This document shows, one piece after another, positions 1 through 24,802 of a DNA stretch of 64,000 nt. Under the pieces are notes generated by a model that saw only the letters and a program-made list of their open reading frames with translations, ran no database searches and was not told the origin of the DNA. Numbering within the stretch: position 1 is the stretch's first letter; the number at the start of each line of letters is the position of its first letter. A program made the translations under genes and the position numbers. Source of the stretch: Balanoglossus misakiensis (lineage: Eukaryota > Animalia > Hemichordata); the NCBI GenBank assembly GCA_040954595.2, contig CM082585.2:7913353-7977352 (forward strand), read 5' to 3'.

Positions 1-64
1 GAGGAGGCTTCTGCAAAAGTGTCGGAAGCCCTCCTCGGTTTATGACGAATCTCATCCCAGCTAG

Positions 65-159
65 TTAACCCTTTCACCACCATGGTTCAGTCCAAATCCA
101 TTGTTTTCTGTGGTAAAGTTGGACCTCTAGAGAGTAGAACTGGGGGGTGAAAAGGTCAA
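65..159. mobile_element. Short TTAA-ended MITE-like repeat (family A)
   Basis: TTAACCCTTTCACC...GGTGAAAAGGTCAA termini; a similar copy at 51275-51370 and a partial copy at about 38436-38489. Confidence 0.7.
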
Positions 160-2466
160 GTCAAACTGCGTTGTGTTCACAATGACTTTTCAAATGCAAG
201 TGGATTTTTGATAACACATACAGATGCGTATAATTTCTTTCATTGGCAACGAATCCAAACGGTTTTTAAGCTTATGAATTTTTATGTCTGATAGTTGTTA
301 ATTTCTGTATTTTTTTTAATCGTCGGACTGAGTATATTGATAAACTTATCACAGTATTCACAAACTGAGAGGATATTTATGGCAAAGGGTCTTTTACATT
401 TCTTTTGCAAGTCGGTATCTGATTGGTTGATAAGCCGCTGTGTTTTCCCTTGTTGTTCAGGTAACCCAATCAGGGTATGTTTTACAGAGATGGGTCAGAC
501 CCATTGTGTTTTTTTTTTCATAAAGCCAGTTTGCTTCTTTTGACCACATTCAGTAGTTGTCAGTGTTGCTAAGTGTTTGTGACTTTGGCAACGACCAAAA
601 CAGGGGCAGACTTATTTTATTTTTACCAACAGGTAAACAAGACAGCACATAGATGAAGGGGGATGCACATCAATTTTATATATTAATGAAAAAATAAACT
701 TGAAAAATTTTGGGCCTGCTTGCTGTAACTCTCTCAATTCTATGCAGGGAGCTTGTTTTTATTGAACTCACTTTGTTTATTTGGGTATTCAGTGTGACAT
801 ATTTAACCGATCTGAAACTCAAAAATAATATTTGAATAATAGGGGTCTGTCGTGTATTAGAAAGGGGTTGAATTTTACATTATCAAAGGCTGAGTACAGA
901 ATATAAAAAAAAATTACCAAAGTTTCATCTGACAAGCGATGTTGATGATTCAACTGGTGGATTATAAATTTTGTGGTTTTTAAAAGGCAATGCTACCACA
1001 TTTGTTTAATTGACCTGGATAAAATTTAAATTTTAGCTCAAAACAACTGCTTACAATAATAGTGTTGTTTTCTTGAAAAGTCCTATACATTGCTGTTCCT
1101 GGAATTGATAAACTCGTATTTCATGTGTTTTCTGGACTCATACCTTTTGACGGTGCTCAATTTTCAAATTTCTAAAGCAAAACGGGGTGGGCAAGTGTAT
1201 TATATTGATTAAGGGGTCACACACAATTATATCATTATTCTAAGCCTGCCATGTAAATAGCCAAACTACAGCTCATATCCCTGTGTCCGGGGAGAAGATA
1301 TATTAATAACTGCAAGAAGTCAAGCAACTGGCATCTTATCCGAGATTTCAATACAAAGCAAAAACCGTGTATTTACTTTTGATTTTGTGTAGTTTTTTGA
1401 GAATTGACATTTTACACAGTGGGGTGACATGTTTATTTGTCGTGTTACGCCAAATAGAAAATTACAAAAAAAAATGTAAAACCGAGATGACAAAAAAAAT
1501 GGTTTGATGGCAGGTCCTGTGATACGTAGATTTTGTTGTTTCTTCTAGTGATGCAACATACGAGAGGTGTATTATATTAATGCCCCTGGCCAGACAGAAA
1601 TTTCCTTGTGTTTCCCACCCTCTCTTGTATACACATTTTTCGGACTGATCGGAATTTGCAGGTACCACAGGGCTTGCCACGCACCACCTTCAATGCACGT
1701 GTTAACCACAGAGATTAGAATACTCTTTTAAAAAGGAATAAGTTAGAATGAACTTTTTGACTTTTACCAAGACTGTACTGTACTGATCTGCTTCAGCCAA
1801 CCTTTTTTTCTACCTATCATACAAAATGGAAATTAACAAGAGTAAAAGAATTAATTTTAGGTGTGCAGGTACAGATAGAGAGGAAAAACAAAAAAATGCA
1901 AAATTTGAAAGAAAAAATACAAAAAAAAAATTAGAAATGGTACATTAGAATGCTGTTTAAAACTGTACTGTACAAATGTAAGATTTCACGTTGGAGCAAA
2001 CCATTTAACATGTAGGGGCGGCAGCAAATATAAAATATTTCTAAAAATAGTAAAATATTTCATAATATTTTTTAGTTTTGTATATATATGAGAGGTATTC
2101 CTCAACTGGTATGCTGCCTCCCCCATTGATACATGGAATGTTCCAGCTATTTTTTTTCCTGCAAGCTGAAATTTACATTTTGGAGCTAATTTTTTCCCGT
2201 ATCATATTTTTTTCCTGTGTAATTCTCATGAGAGATATTTAAAAAATACAAACTGGAGATGGCTCCATTTAGGATGGAAAAGTCTTCATAAAAAATTATT
2301 CCTTTGTGTTGTGTCTGTGTTCTTAAAGTTTCTAATCATTTAATCTTTGGACTGCAACTTGAAAAACCAGTATGTTGACCTCAACATATTGTATTCTTTG
2401 AATAAGGTATACAGTCAGTCACCTATGCAAATTCAACCACTGTAACCATGAAAAAAATCAAATACA

Positions 2467-2530
2467 GCCAATCACAGATTTTCAGTGGGTGGCACAGGTG
2501 AAAACAGTGCAGCACCACATGGTCATTCGA
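2467..2530 (+). repeat. Interspersed repeat fragment (family B)
   Basis: AGCCAATCACAGATTTTCAGTGGGTGGC...ATGGTCATT recurs at about 49364-49428 (+) and about 30238-30292 (-). Confidence 0.7.
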
Positions 2531-4292
2531 ACACTTGGACACGCCCCTTTGACCATATATAGGCATGTGGACCATGTTCCACCCCCTTTGCATATTGACT
2601 CTCTCGAAAGTTCAAGTAATTCGAGCCACTGGTGGCGTGATACCTACCTGTAAACTTCAGTGTAGCGCCACCATGCGTCAGTACAGTCGAGTGAAGTCAC
2701 GTGGCCGAATTTGACGTACTTGTACGCGTATAGGACTACTGGTATTACGCACAGGGTGTGGGTCTATAGAAAGTACTTTACATCGTATAAGCAAACTCCA
2801 TTAGCTATAACTATCTCTAGCTATGTGTAATTATCTAATTTCGTTAAACTTTGTTTATTTGTAATACAAGCCCGGATTCCCCTCTATCTACAACATCCGT
2901 TTTGGTTTTAAAGGCAAGAAACGTCAGTCACGGTGAAGGACAAACGGCGGGGGCCAGTGCGATCGGTTCCTTGGCCGGCCGAATGCACCTGTTAGCGTCT
3001 GCTCGGGGCAGCCAGTGCGGTCGCCGACGCTTTTCAATGGCGGTACGTGCTTCGGCATCTAAGTGGCGGCCATGCCTCTCATCATACTTGTCCCAGACAA
3101 GACTGTCGGCTATTTTAAGCCCGTGACAATAGTGTAATTGTAATTAATTAGCGAGACAATCGGGTCGGCACTGTCCGTTGGCAAGCTGATACTATAAACA
3201 CCGGGCATCGTCGACCGTATTCACGTTTTCGCTTTCTTCCATGCATGGATTTCGAATTCCTTGGTCAAGACCATGGACGTAGTCAAGACGTACGATTCTT
3301 CTGTTACTAGTAGAAATTGGATTGTCGTTCGACCTAATTACACCTTTTAAAATAAACTAACATTGTCAAAATGTCAAGTACAATCATTTATCAAAACAAT
3401 GCATGCATGTTTTATAAATTAATGTAAAAAGCGCGCGGTACAAGTATGTTCACAAGTTCGGATGATCCGGCAATTTTTTTGCATTTTTGTGGGAACATTT
3501 CTCGGGTGCCAGGTCCTCGATTTTCATGCACTCCCATTATCTTTATCCTCTCTTATTGAAAGACCGGATTGTTAAGTCGAAACGTAGATTAACTGTCAGT
3601 GATGTTTGGAGGTACATTTTTCAATGGTATGCCAGTGAACGTAGAGGGTGACTCGTATCAACCGGCGTGTGTTTTCTTTTCGTTGTCGCTATTATTATCA
3701 TCCGCTTTCCGGGGGCTCAGAGGTTATCTGTCAACTAATGAAAGTGCCATCGTCTGGCGCGACTGCGTGATCTGACCGATAGCTGGCACTCAGTCGCTGA
3801 AATATCGCCCACCGTGGCACACGCACGCTGCTGTATCTGCCTACATACAGGTCTACTGCGGAAGCCAAGACCAGCTGTCTGCATCGTGTTAACCGTCAGG
3901 CCGGATACGTTCAAACGGCACGAGGCTACCTCCGCTGTGATTAGAGTTCGCAGTGACAACGTACGCCGCGGCGAAGTTGGGTCTGACTGACAACCTTCCC
4001 CCAAATAAAGGTAAGATGTGTGAGATTTGTTCAAAGAACTGCTAAAACAAAAACAAAAGGACGAGCACTCGAATCATAAAAGCACAGGGTGAATAGCAGC
4101 GAAACGTGCGACCACCTGTTGCTCAGGTCAGTGTAGGCAGAACGGTACCGGTGCAGTCAGAAATTAGTCACGATTTTTGTGAATGGCTGTGGAAGTGAAG
4201 ATGGTACCGTGGGTGAATGCGCCGGTTGCGTGTGAACAACCAGTTGTATAGGATAGGTATCGGCAACACACCCATCCAATTTATAAAGTTAA

Positions 4293-4699
4293 ACCATAGA
4301 CCCTGGCCTGTGACAGTGAATCCATAAACTGTGCTGATTTTTCACAATAACCATCGAAGTTTGGTAAATGAAGATTTTACTTTTACTAACCCAGCGCCGG
4401 TTTGACGCTCACGACAATTATTGTTACAGTAACCAGTCGGGATAAGCGTGTGACTTTCAATAATCAGTTTAACCCGAGCTAGTGCTATTGTCGGCCGAGA
4501 ATTTGCTCACTATAATTCGGCGTGTTGTATCCCCAGTACCACCACTGGCACTGTATAGTCATGGTAATTGTTCCCCGAAGAAAGACCCAAAATCGGCCGA
4601 TTATTGTGAAAATGAGGAAATCGCCGATTATGGCGTAAATGGAATTCGCCCCGAAACAGTGTTTAGATGAGACATAGCCTACTCCCTTCTGTCTATGGT
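4293..4699. mobile_element. Degenerate MITE-like element
   Basis: Terminal inverted ACCATAGAC/GTCTATGGT plus internal inverted TTTTCACAATAA/TTATTGTGAAAA. Confidence 0.45.
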
Positions 4700-5795
4700 C
4701 TGAAAACAATGCAATGAAACCATTCATTTAATGGTGACAGTTTCTCGTTTCTTGGTATAGACGGGTGATTCTTTTACGGCACCGGGACCCGTTCAAATGA
4801 CGCATTTTTCTCGCAAGACACAGTACAGGTTCAACCGTTTCGGCCAATGTTTGTGTAGTACTCAATCGTTATGCACATTGCATTTTTTTTTCTGAAACCA
4901 ACCCACAAAAAAGTTGTGCTTGTACTATAAACAGCGGGACTGTTTTTCTTTCTTTGAGAGTTTCTAGTAAAGCAGAGTCGCATTTGTGTAAATGGGCCCA
5001 CGGGCATACCCTTTCTTGGGTTCGCCAGCGCATACAAAAAGTTGTCGAAATCCGCGTATTTGTTTGTACACGACTGAAGCCCGCCTTTTGATGAAGTAAC
5101 TGATGCCCGCCCGATGTCCTTAAAATCTGGCGTTATTACCGCAGTTGGGAAATCTTGTGCGAATATGCAGACAAGTGGTCAGTCAACTCGGGCGTTTCAC
5201 ATTCACGATGCAGCGCGCTGTAGCCGGCTAGACGGTTCGTGTGGTTTCACAGCCTACCCCATTAACTTACTTAATTGGCCACCTTATTGCACAGAATGGG
5301 TGTAATTGAAAACGTAAAGAACGGGGAAGCGGCCCTCTTTGAAAATCCATCGCGCTTCAATAACAAGGGGAGTGAACAAACCAATTGAAAGACATGTTAC
5401 ACTTCAGCGCTATTATTCTTCGGAGCCATGTCATTGGCTAATTATGGAAGTTTTCTGGCACCCTTAACCCACCCCCAAAAGTAACTCTTCTGTCCAGTTT
5501 AAAAGCAATGATGTGAAAATAATTTCAGCGATTCAAGATGAACATCAATAATTCAGATCTTTTACAATGTTTTGCCATGCTTAGGCGCTCGCGCAATTGT
5601 TTCGGCAGACACTATTAAAGTTGCATGAACCCTACATCAATAATCTTCTGTCCGCCATGTGGATTTATCGCTCACCTAGGGGAACTATCCCACTTACTTT
5701 TTTTTTTCGTGTTACCTTTTCTGACTTACCCCAGACCGAGTTGGGCCCGTCCCGTCAGTGAGTTGAAGACAAGCTCTGTGGCAACCTGCATCGGA

Positions 5796-16719
<10,924 letters not shown>

Positions 16720-17258
16720 TCCCTGGACTACAAAAACACATATAATGGCGTATTATGGGTGCAATAAAACAGACTATACGGTGGAGGCGACAGCTCCCGT
16801 GTTCAAGAGGGCAACGCGACTGTCAATACTTTCAGGAAGAAGTTACGCCGCAAAAAAGCAACTACAATCACTTTTTGACTTATCGACAAGATTGTCTTCA
16901 TTTCTCAGTCGACTATGCTCAATTTTTACTAACACACGATATCAATGTAAACTTTGAAACTGAATTAAAATTCAGAAGAGTTCGGGTTAAGACTCCATTT
17001 GTACATTCAATGAAAATTTTCGAATATTTATGTATGCATTTTTATTTCATCACTATGCATAATATCTTTATAAACTATCAGTAACAATATTGAAAATTTG
17101 CACTCATTTAAGACTTTGATGACCTTTTCACTCTTTTATATATTCGGACAATATAATTAGTATGCATAAAAATCTCCAAGAGTTTTTATCGTCCTTTTCA
17201 ACACAACTTCATAAATTACTAAAATAATCACTAGTAATGTAAAAATAATAATTTAACG

Positions 17259-17264
17259 AATAAA
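17259..17264 (+). terminator. Likely Arx polyadenylation signal (AATAAA) at the end of an AT-rich 3' UTR
   Basis: AATAAA about 540 nt after the stop codon, followed by a T/GT-rich tract; a more proximal AATAAA lies at 16763. Confidence 0.5.
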
Positions 17265-18724
17265 AAGAAAATTGTAAATGATAAAATATTTATTGTGCAG
17301 TTTTTATTTGTTGTCTTTCTGATGTTGCAAATGCGAGAATTAGTTTGATGTTTAGTTCATATGTACTACAATGCGGCCCACGCAACTTCTGCGAGGTTTT
17401 CGTGTCATATTAGGACACTGCAATAACTGAAGAATGTATCGCACGTGAAACATGACACATTACACAACTTAATATCGTCCTCGTCACATGCATATTGATT
17501 TATACTCCTTAAAATATTAACACTTTCCACATCAATAACTCAACTTAATTTGTTTAACTATAATTGTTTGTATTTTAATAATGAATAGATATATCGGGCT
17601 GTTGTGAATGTCTAGTGGGTACAGTTGACAATCGGGCGCATTAAATATTCATGATAATGTATCGAATTCATCTCAAGTTTTTGTTTGGTCCAAAGCTTGT
17701 TCACAGGTGAATAGTATTTTAGTATTATCAATTTGCTTCCGAACAGGTGGCGGGTTTTCACTGAGCGATGTATTCACTAACTAAAGGGGAGAATTTTGGG
17801 TGGTAGACACGTCTGTTGTGTTTGCTGGAGATGCGGAACGGAGTATTATATGTTTAAGGGACCGGGCAGAAATTGCCGAGAGTGGGCTGGTATTTGGGGG
17901 GGGGGGTCGCCATATGTACCCGGCCCCCATGTCTCCGTTTATACCGAACTTTCGCGACCTCCCAGGACTCGTGATGGCAGCATGTCAAAAGTGACCTTGT
18001 GAACGAACACAAAGAAAACAACATATAGCAACACGCTGCCGGTACACATTGCCTGCAGACGACAATTTTTCTCATTCGAAATATCCACCCGAGCATTGAT
18101 CGTCATCCCATGAGATATATTTATCGTTCCCCTTGAATACCCAAAGCTCATGCTTTTCTAAAGAACTTCTAATTATTCGAAGGTTTGGTTGTGTCGATTT
18201 CTTCAATTCAGCACTAACATATTTATGGAGGATCAATTAAGCTCGCCGCTTTCTTGAAAGGAATGGGTTATTGGTTTCTCTCGTTAGTGACGTCACATAA
18301 AACACCTCTCGGATAGCCGCGGGGTATTTGGATAGAGCACTATGAATTTTTCATTAATTTAATTTCGGGAAAGTTTATCGCTGTCTAAGGAATTATAGCA
18401 AATTGGCGCGTTTTCTGAGCTTATGTTTCGCATAACGCGCTTCGCGATAAATGCGCAGAAGGCAAACGCGCGTTTCGGTTTAAACGGTTTGTGGCGGTTT
18501 GTCGTCAGAATCCGAATTTGAGAGAACATGAGTTTGCATCGCCAATCCCGATTAAGGTTTAATTTATTCCCCAACAGATTGCCAGTTGCGTTAATCTGAA
18601 ACATATTGGTAAAGCGCAAAAGTAAACCAACTGTTGGATGATGAAGCTGTGTCCCTATAGATCACACAGTGTTGTAATAAGACTATTAAAAGTTCAGTGA
18701 AAGTCCTGTTATGATTGAGTGGAT

Positions 18725-18751
18725 GGTGGTGGTGGTGGTGGTGGTGGTGGT
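18725..18751. repeat. (GGT)n microsatellite
   Basis: Seen directly. Confidence 0.85.
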
Positions 18752-20645
18752 TGTACGGTAGGTGGAACAGGTAGCATATGTGCTGGCATGAAACTGGCAT
18801 ATACTATTTACACCAACGTTGAGGCGACGTAGCTAATCGGGAAACAGAATCTATTTTGCAGTTCGGTCGGTGATACGAACTAGCGACCGCGGTTTGAGTA
18901 ACTCCACTCGGGCAATGGCTGTGAACTCGAAGCGGATCGCCATCATGAAGGAAGGCAATTTTTTCTGCGAACTGGCTCGCCTCTGAGCGGTCGACAGAGC
19001 GGAAACGGAGCGGGCATGCAGCTGCGGCCGACGCCGCTAATCTGAAAACAATAACGGTGAATCCGTCATGAAAAGACAACACAATGACACTTAGCATGTA
19101 CAACTGTTCCCTTCAATTAGTAAATTTCTAATCCAATTTGACGGCCCAATCGTGGCAAAGAAGCCTCAGTGCTGACCTACTAAGTGGCCCTGTTTCCAAG
19201 CCCCTACTTAACTCCAATTTCAAAGGCGTTTCGATTTTTATGAAGTTCGCTAGCTTCGCTCCCAACAATAACCCCCTCGTGGCCATTGATTGTGCGCTGC
19301 ATAATCGTCTTATTCACCAAGGGTTGATTGAAATCAATATGACAAAAAAAACTTGTATGGCTTCCTGTTGCAATCCTCATCAATTTTGCTTGGTGGCATT
19401 TCCTGCTATAAGTTTCACAACGATAATTAGCGTTGGTATTTCAGATACATGTAGATGAACGATATTGTTCTTGGTATACCTTGCTCAGCGTGTCCAAGCG
19501 TGTCCAAACCACTAGTATACTTCTTGCGTGAATTTGGTGACAAAATTGGTCAATTTTGGGCAAATTAAGTCGTTTTCCGACCCATTTGACAATTAATCGA
19601 TTTGTTGGTGTGTAAATTCGAGAAATCTGAAGAGTGTCTGGAAGGAACAATGGGTCTGGGAAGAAGACGTGTCATTACTGTGGAGGGTGGGGGATTTTTG
19701 TTTTGTAAAGACGGTGGTCGATTTTCAGTCAGAAAGCACGTAGGCTATAACAAAGGAAAAATTCTATTTCGAGGATGCTAGAACACTGCGCCGACGGCTT
19801 AAAAGTATCTTTCACTGATGGGTGGAGTTGAGAATTTCCGTATCGACAGAACTAACGTTTGTCGTGTAAACTTGGGATTTGGAGACGAGACAGTCGCGCT
19901 GAAGGTTTTTTCCTCTGTCCTCAAAACAAGACAAGGGCCAGTGCAGTGGGACATTTGTGAAGACAGCGCATTGGGACGAAGCGGAAGTGACGTGTAGCCG
20001 GAGCCAGCACGAGTGAATATGAATGTAACCATGATTTCATCACCACAGTGCCTTATTAGCGGCTGTAGGCCTACATGAAAATGTATGATGCGACAGATTT
20101 CTTCAAAATATACCTCAATTTCTTTGCACATGGATACTTTAGCATTGCAGTGCCACGGGCGTCCCAGAAGCACCATTTTACGACGTTTCGCTTGCATGCT
20201 CAAATGAGTGTTCTGCGCGTGTGTCGATGAACCGTTTCACTTCTACAAACGTTCTCTCAATCGACGACAATGAAAAACCATCCAATATTGTAAACGTTAC
20301 AGTCCCATAAAGAGATCAAAATTTTACGTGCCCCGTGGGAACTGATTCGGGCACCTTTGGGTCCGAGTTGTGCTCATAATTATCCTAAAATTGTCATTTT
20401 TAGAATTAATGACAGATGGAGGCACAATATTGTAATTATACGGTTCCAAATGTTACATCAATTACACGAATATTAGCTCGCTTAAAGCATAAATAAATAA
20501 TTTGAAACGCGGGACAATACTATCACAAGAATTCGATTTACGAGCCAATTGTTCAGGGAAAAGCTAGGAGTTCTTTTAGATCGTGGATGACGCCACAACT
20601 CAACTAAATAGCATGCACCAAAGTGTGTCTTTTGGGACGGTCAGA

Positions 20646-20646
<1 letters not shown>

Positions 20647-20677
<31 letters not shown>

Positions 20678-20739
20678 GCAGGCAGGCAGGCAGGCATGCA
20701 TGCAGGCAGTCAGGCAGACAGACAGACAGACAGACAGAC
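20647..20739. repeat. Compound (GA)n/(GGCA)n/(GACA)n microsatellite
   Basis: Seen directly. Confidence 0.9.
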
Positions 20740-23700
20740 AACCAAAGAGACACACATCGAGGTTCATACGGAAGACACAGAGAGACAAACAGAGTATAAA
20801 TTTTTGATGTGCGACTTTTTTTTCCTGTTTAACATGGAAAGTACAGTTTCCCGGAATTGACTGGATTCTATCCCAACTGTGTCCACTGCCAAACAGCATC
20901 AACGAATTTAACTAAAATTTGCATATTTGACGAGGGCAACAGCGCAAAATGCCACAAATCGGGTATCTTAATCTCTATGGTGATTGTGCAGAACAGAGAA
21001 GGCCTACCTGTCAATCAAAATATAGTGATATTTTTTTTCAAACCGGACGTCGTCGTATTTTTATTTTGCGGACAAAATAAAACTGTGTTCGACTAAGAAT
21101 TAAGAGGGATACTGGTATGCCCCTATTTCATGTGAATTCTGCTGAAAATAGAAGTGTTCTGTTTTTCTCTTTGCCACTGAGTTTTCGTGTATCGCACAGA
21201 CAGGTAGGCCTACGCACTCTCTAAAGCAAAAACGTGTTGCAGTGTTTACAGTAAATAAAGATGCACAGATTACCACAACATGGTAAATTACAGAAAGTGA
21301 AAGAATAAGCAAGATGGCGTTGTATAAACGTATACCAGATCAAAATAAACACTTTCATCCAATCCTGTTTTGTTTTTTTAAATTTCCATAGTCGTCAATC
21401 AGACGTGTTCCGCGGTGACACGACATTTTCCCTGTCAAATGCGTCGGCGGGGCAACAGCACCGCTTGTGTGGGCCGAATTTAAAAGTAATTGCCATTTTT
21501 CATTTTTAAAGATCACTCCATTTTGTTAGATAAATACCCATTGAAAAGACAGCGTAAAATGACAGGAATTTCTATGGACTGCAGTGCAGTGTAGACATAA
21601 CGCACAGTCGGTGTTCGCTATAGGTAACAAACACAATCTAAATTGCATAAGCTGTTAATCCCGCCGACCCTACACCATGACATTTGATTGACAGGTGGCG
21701 ATGTTTGTTTGTTATATCTCTTATCCTATTAAAAACAGCATTCGTCTAATAAGATGCCCGAAATCTGCCATTGTTTGGATAATAATTACATTTTATCAAT
21801 TTTTTATTTTTGTTATTATAATCCTTCAGCAGATGTCACATCGCTAGGCAGATTTTCTGGTCATGTTTCTTTCAGTTTATAAATACTGTATTTTTCCATG
21901 ACAGTCAGACCTAACTTCAGTTTTTGTACTCTGCCAATGCAAAAGCCTGAAAAGCAGAGAATTTGCGTAATTTCACTTTTTGAAAAAAGAGGACGTTTTG
22001 TGTGTGCTTCTTTGATCAAATCCAGGCCGACTACGTCACTGCAGTTGTGATATTTTAACTTACGACAACCGATTCCCTCCAACCACACGTACCCGATAAA
22101 AAACAAACAAAACAAAATATGATTTGATTGACGTGAATAAACAAACATCTGGGACCTGGTGTTCAGTGCTGTTTTAATAAGCACCTTTGCCCCTCCGGAA
22201 AGAGTCATGAAAAAGAATATGTCGCTACTGTATGCTCAGGTTGGAATTATGTGTCTGTCGGATGATGACAAACGACAATTCCATTTTTGGACATTTTTCA
22301 TGGGTTTTGGCTCATGAAAATTGTCAAAAATGACAAATTCCCGACTTTCTTTGCGTACTTTGGTGATTGGTGACACACATACACGCGTGTCTGTACATGG
22401 CGTGCAGACGACAGGTGTGATGAGAGCGGGGAGTAATTATACGAAGCATTGTTTTCCAACAATGACGTCGTCGCTTTGTGGAATTTTGTAATTAAAACCC
22501 TCTGTTGTTTCTGCTGTTGTTTCTTTTCTGGTCTCCGAAGGCGCATTCGTGAGAAAATGCGTCACGCCGGTTGCGTCACTTCCACCAGAATTGCTCATAC
22601 AACAGAGACAAAGACAAGAGCGTATGTGAAGTCCCTAAATTGAGTCAGTCTGGTATATCTGCTGTGAAAACATCGCGAAGAAAAGACCAATGGACTCGCC
22701 AGATATTCTGCGACAAGTGAACCATTGGCTGCATTCGGGCTGTTTGTTATCTTAACACCTTGCGCTTGTAGCACCTTAATAGCGCGAGTGGCCGGATCGA
22801 TAGGAACAATCCGGGCCCATTACACGCGGGGATTATATGGAAAATTCCCATGTGATTGGAAAACTATTCAGATCCGGCCGCACACAATGAGATCCCACAC
22901 ATTTGATTTTTTACCGGAAAGGAATTCCAGCCAGCATTTGAAGAGAGAAATAACACCCTCCGATGAAAAGGAGGGCAGTGGTAAGTCTTTCACCTCGACA
23001 CCTTCGTGACAAAAAAGCGCTCACTTGAAAAAGCCGGCCGCGTGAAAGCAAGAATAACACTGCAACTTCTTCAATTACCGCTTATTGTCCCAGGTGTTAA
23101 TTTGATTACGGTACATTGGTGTAATCTGTCCACCGGGGAAACAATAGCGCACCCAAGTCAAACAAGTGACGGCAATAGAATAGGACAAGCCCCAAACCCA
23201 GAGCCAATGGACAAACACAGAGAGCAGGTATGGATGGAAGTGGCATCGATTATTTTCTCCTTCAGTTCCTCGGCACACAGGCCCTGGATAAACATCCAGG
23301 CAGCTGTGAAATTAGCCCCACGCTGCAATGGGCAATGAACACGTCCGCGCTTATTAACGGCAATAATTAATGAAGGAGGGAAATTACAGCCATTTCCCCT
23401 CGAGTACTTTGAAGAGGGGCCAAAGTAAACATCTTCTGTACCCCCTCCCATCTTCCCCCCTCTCTCTGTCTCTCTCTCTCTGTCCCTCTCTCTGTCTCTC
23501 TCTCCGTCTCTCTCACATAAACATGTATGTATGAAGTACATACACTTATTTTCAACACAATTGTATTGAGGAAGGTTGAATTCTGACCGAATATTGATTT
23601 TCTAGAAATATACTGTCCATGGCTGAGATCTGTCAAATAATCGCCAAAAGAATTAAATTCACGTATCTTATTACAGCAGGAGAGTTTTTTTTTCTCTCCA

Positions 23701-24618
23701 GAAAAGTTGGCGATCGTCGTCACATTCTGATGCCGTTGGGACCTCACCGTCGATCCAATTGAATATGGCAAGGAAAACGTGAGTCGGGAAATGGAATTTT
23801 GAAAGAATGCTGGCGGACAAAAGAGACTGTGGCTTTACAATAGATGTGTATTTTGCTACTTGTTTGCCCTTGTTACACTATGATGTGTAAATTTAGTTTG
23901 TTTTTTGCCTGCCGACGTTTGCTTTGCCATTCTTACGATAATAGAATTAAAGCCGGCAGGAGCCGCAACACATGTCGCCCTAAACCAGAAATTAATATAG
24001 TATTAAGAAATGAGATTTGGACGAGTAGCTCGGTCTGTTTGCTGGGGGCGTCTATCGGACACGGGCGCGCCCAGGAGAGCGCTCCCGTGGGTCCCCCGAA
24101 CGTCAATTTCAACGCCGTCGTTCGTTTCTTTCATTTGCTTTCATCTGTGTTCGTTTCTCATTTCATCTGTGTGTATAGCTTGTATCATCCTGAGTCAATG
24201 TTTGTCTGTGCGTGTTTGCTCGCGCGCTCCGCTAATCAGTTTCAGGGCGCACTGTTGACACTGCGCGTCCCCTTTGATTCCGAAGCGTCTTCCCTCCCCG
24301 GAGTCCGGGTGGTGTGTGCACAACCACCAGAAAACCAATCACGGGCGCATCTGTCGTTTCCCCGCCGTTTTCATTTCACCGGCGCGGGAGCAAACAAACA
24401 CCCTCTCGTCAAATACTTCAATTTTCCGTTGTTTATGTACTCCTGTTTGATCCAATTTTCGGCTCGTCTTGCTTGATTAACGAACTGACGTTAGAAATCA
24501 CCACGAGGTGACTGAGAAACCAACATCTCTCAAGGGTGGTTTACAGAATCACACAGAAGCAAATCCTATACTTGAAACCCATACAAGAAGACTTTAAACC
24601 CGGCGTCTTTTTCTTTAA

Positions 24619-24802
24619 TACACATTTAAACCTGTCTAAACCGGACAGCAAAGGGACTGGGAATATTATTTGGTTTTCAGGGGTGTCCGGTTAATAGAGG
24701 TTCTATTTAACCATGTGGTTATATGTACAGGTAATGGATAGGGTCTTTGGCATAGATGGGTTTCCAGATTTGGCAGGTTCGGTTTAGACAGGTTTTAATG
24801 TA
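24619..24802. mobile_element. Tc1/mariner-pogo-type MITE
   Basis: TIR CATTTAAACCTGTCTAAACCG / CGGTTTAGACAGGTTTTAATG with TA flanks; related ends (CCACTAACACAGGTT.GACT) at about 27769-27795 and about 59645-59674. Confidence 0.7.

Noticed and set aside
1-2420. Possible last codons (EEASAKVSEALLGL*) and AT-rich 3' UTR of an upstream gene
   Set aside because: Only 14 codons are visible at the window edge, so it cannot be supported or identified.
18591-18800. Poly-His ORF
   Set aside because: A (GGT)n repeat with no splice or homology support.
23844-24476. 210-aa ORF
   Set aside because: No recognisable domain and an atypical Cys/Phe/Ser-rich composition; treated as non-coding.
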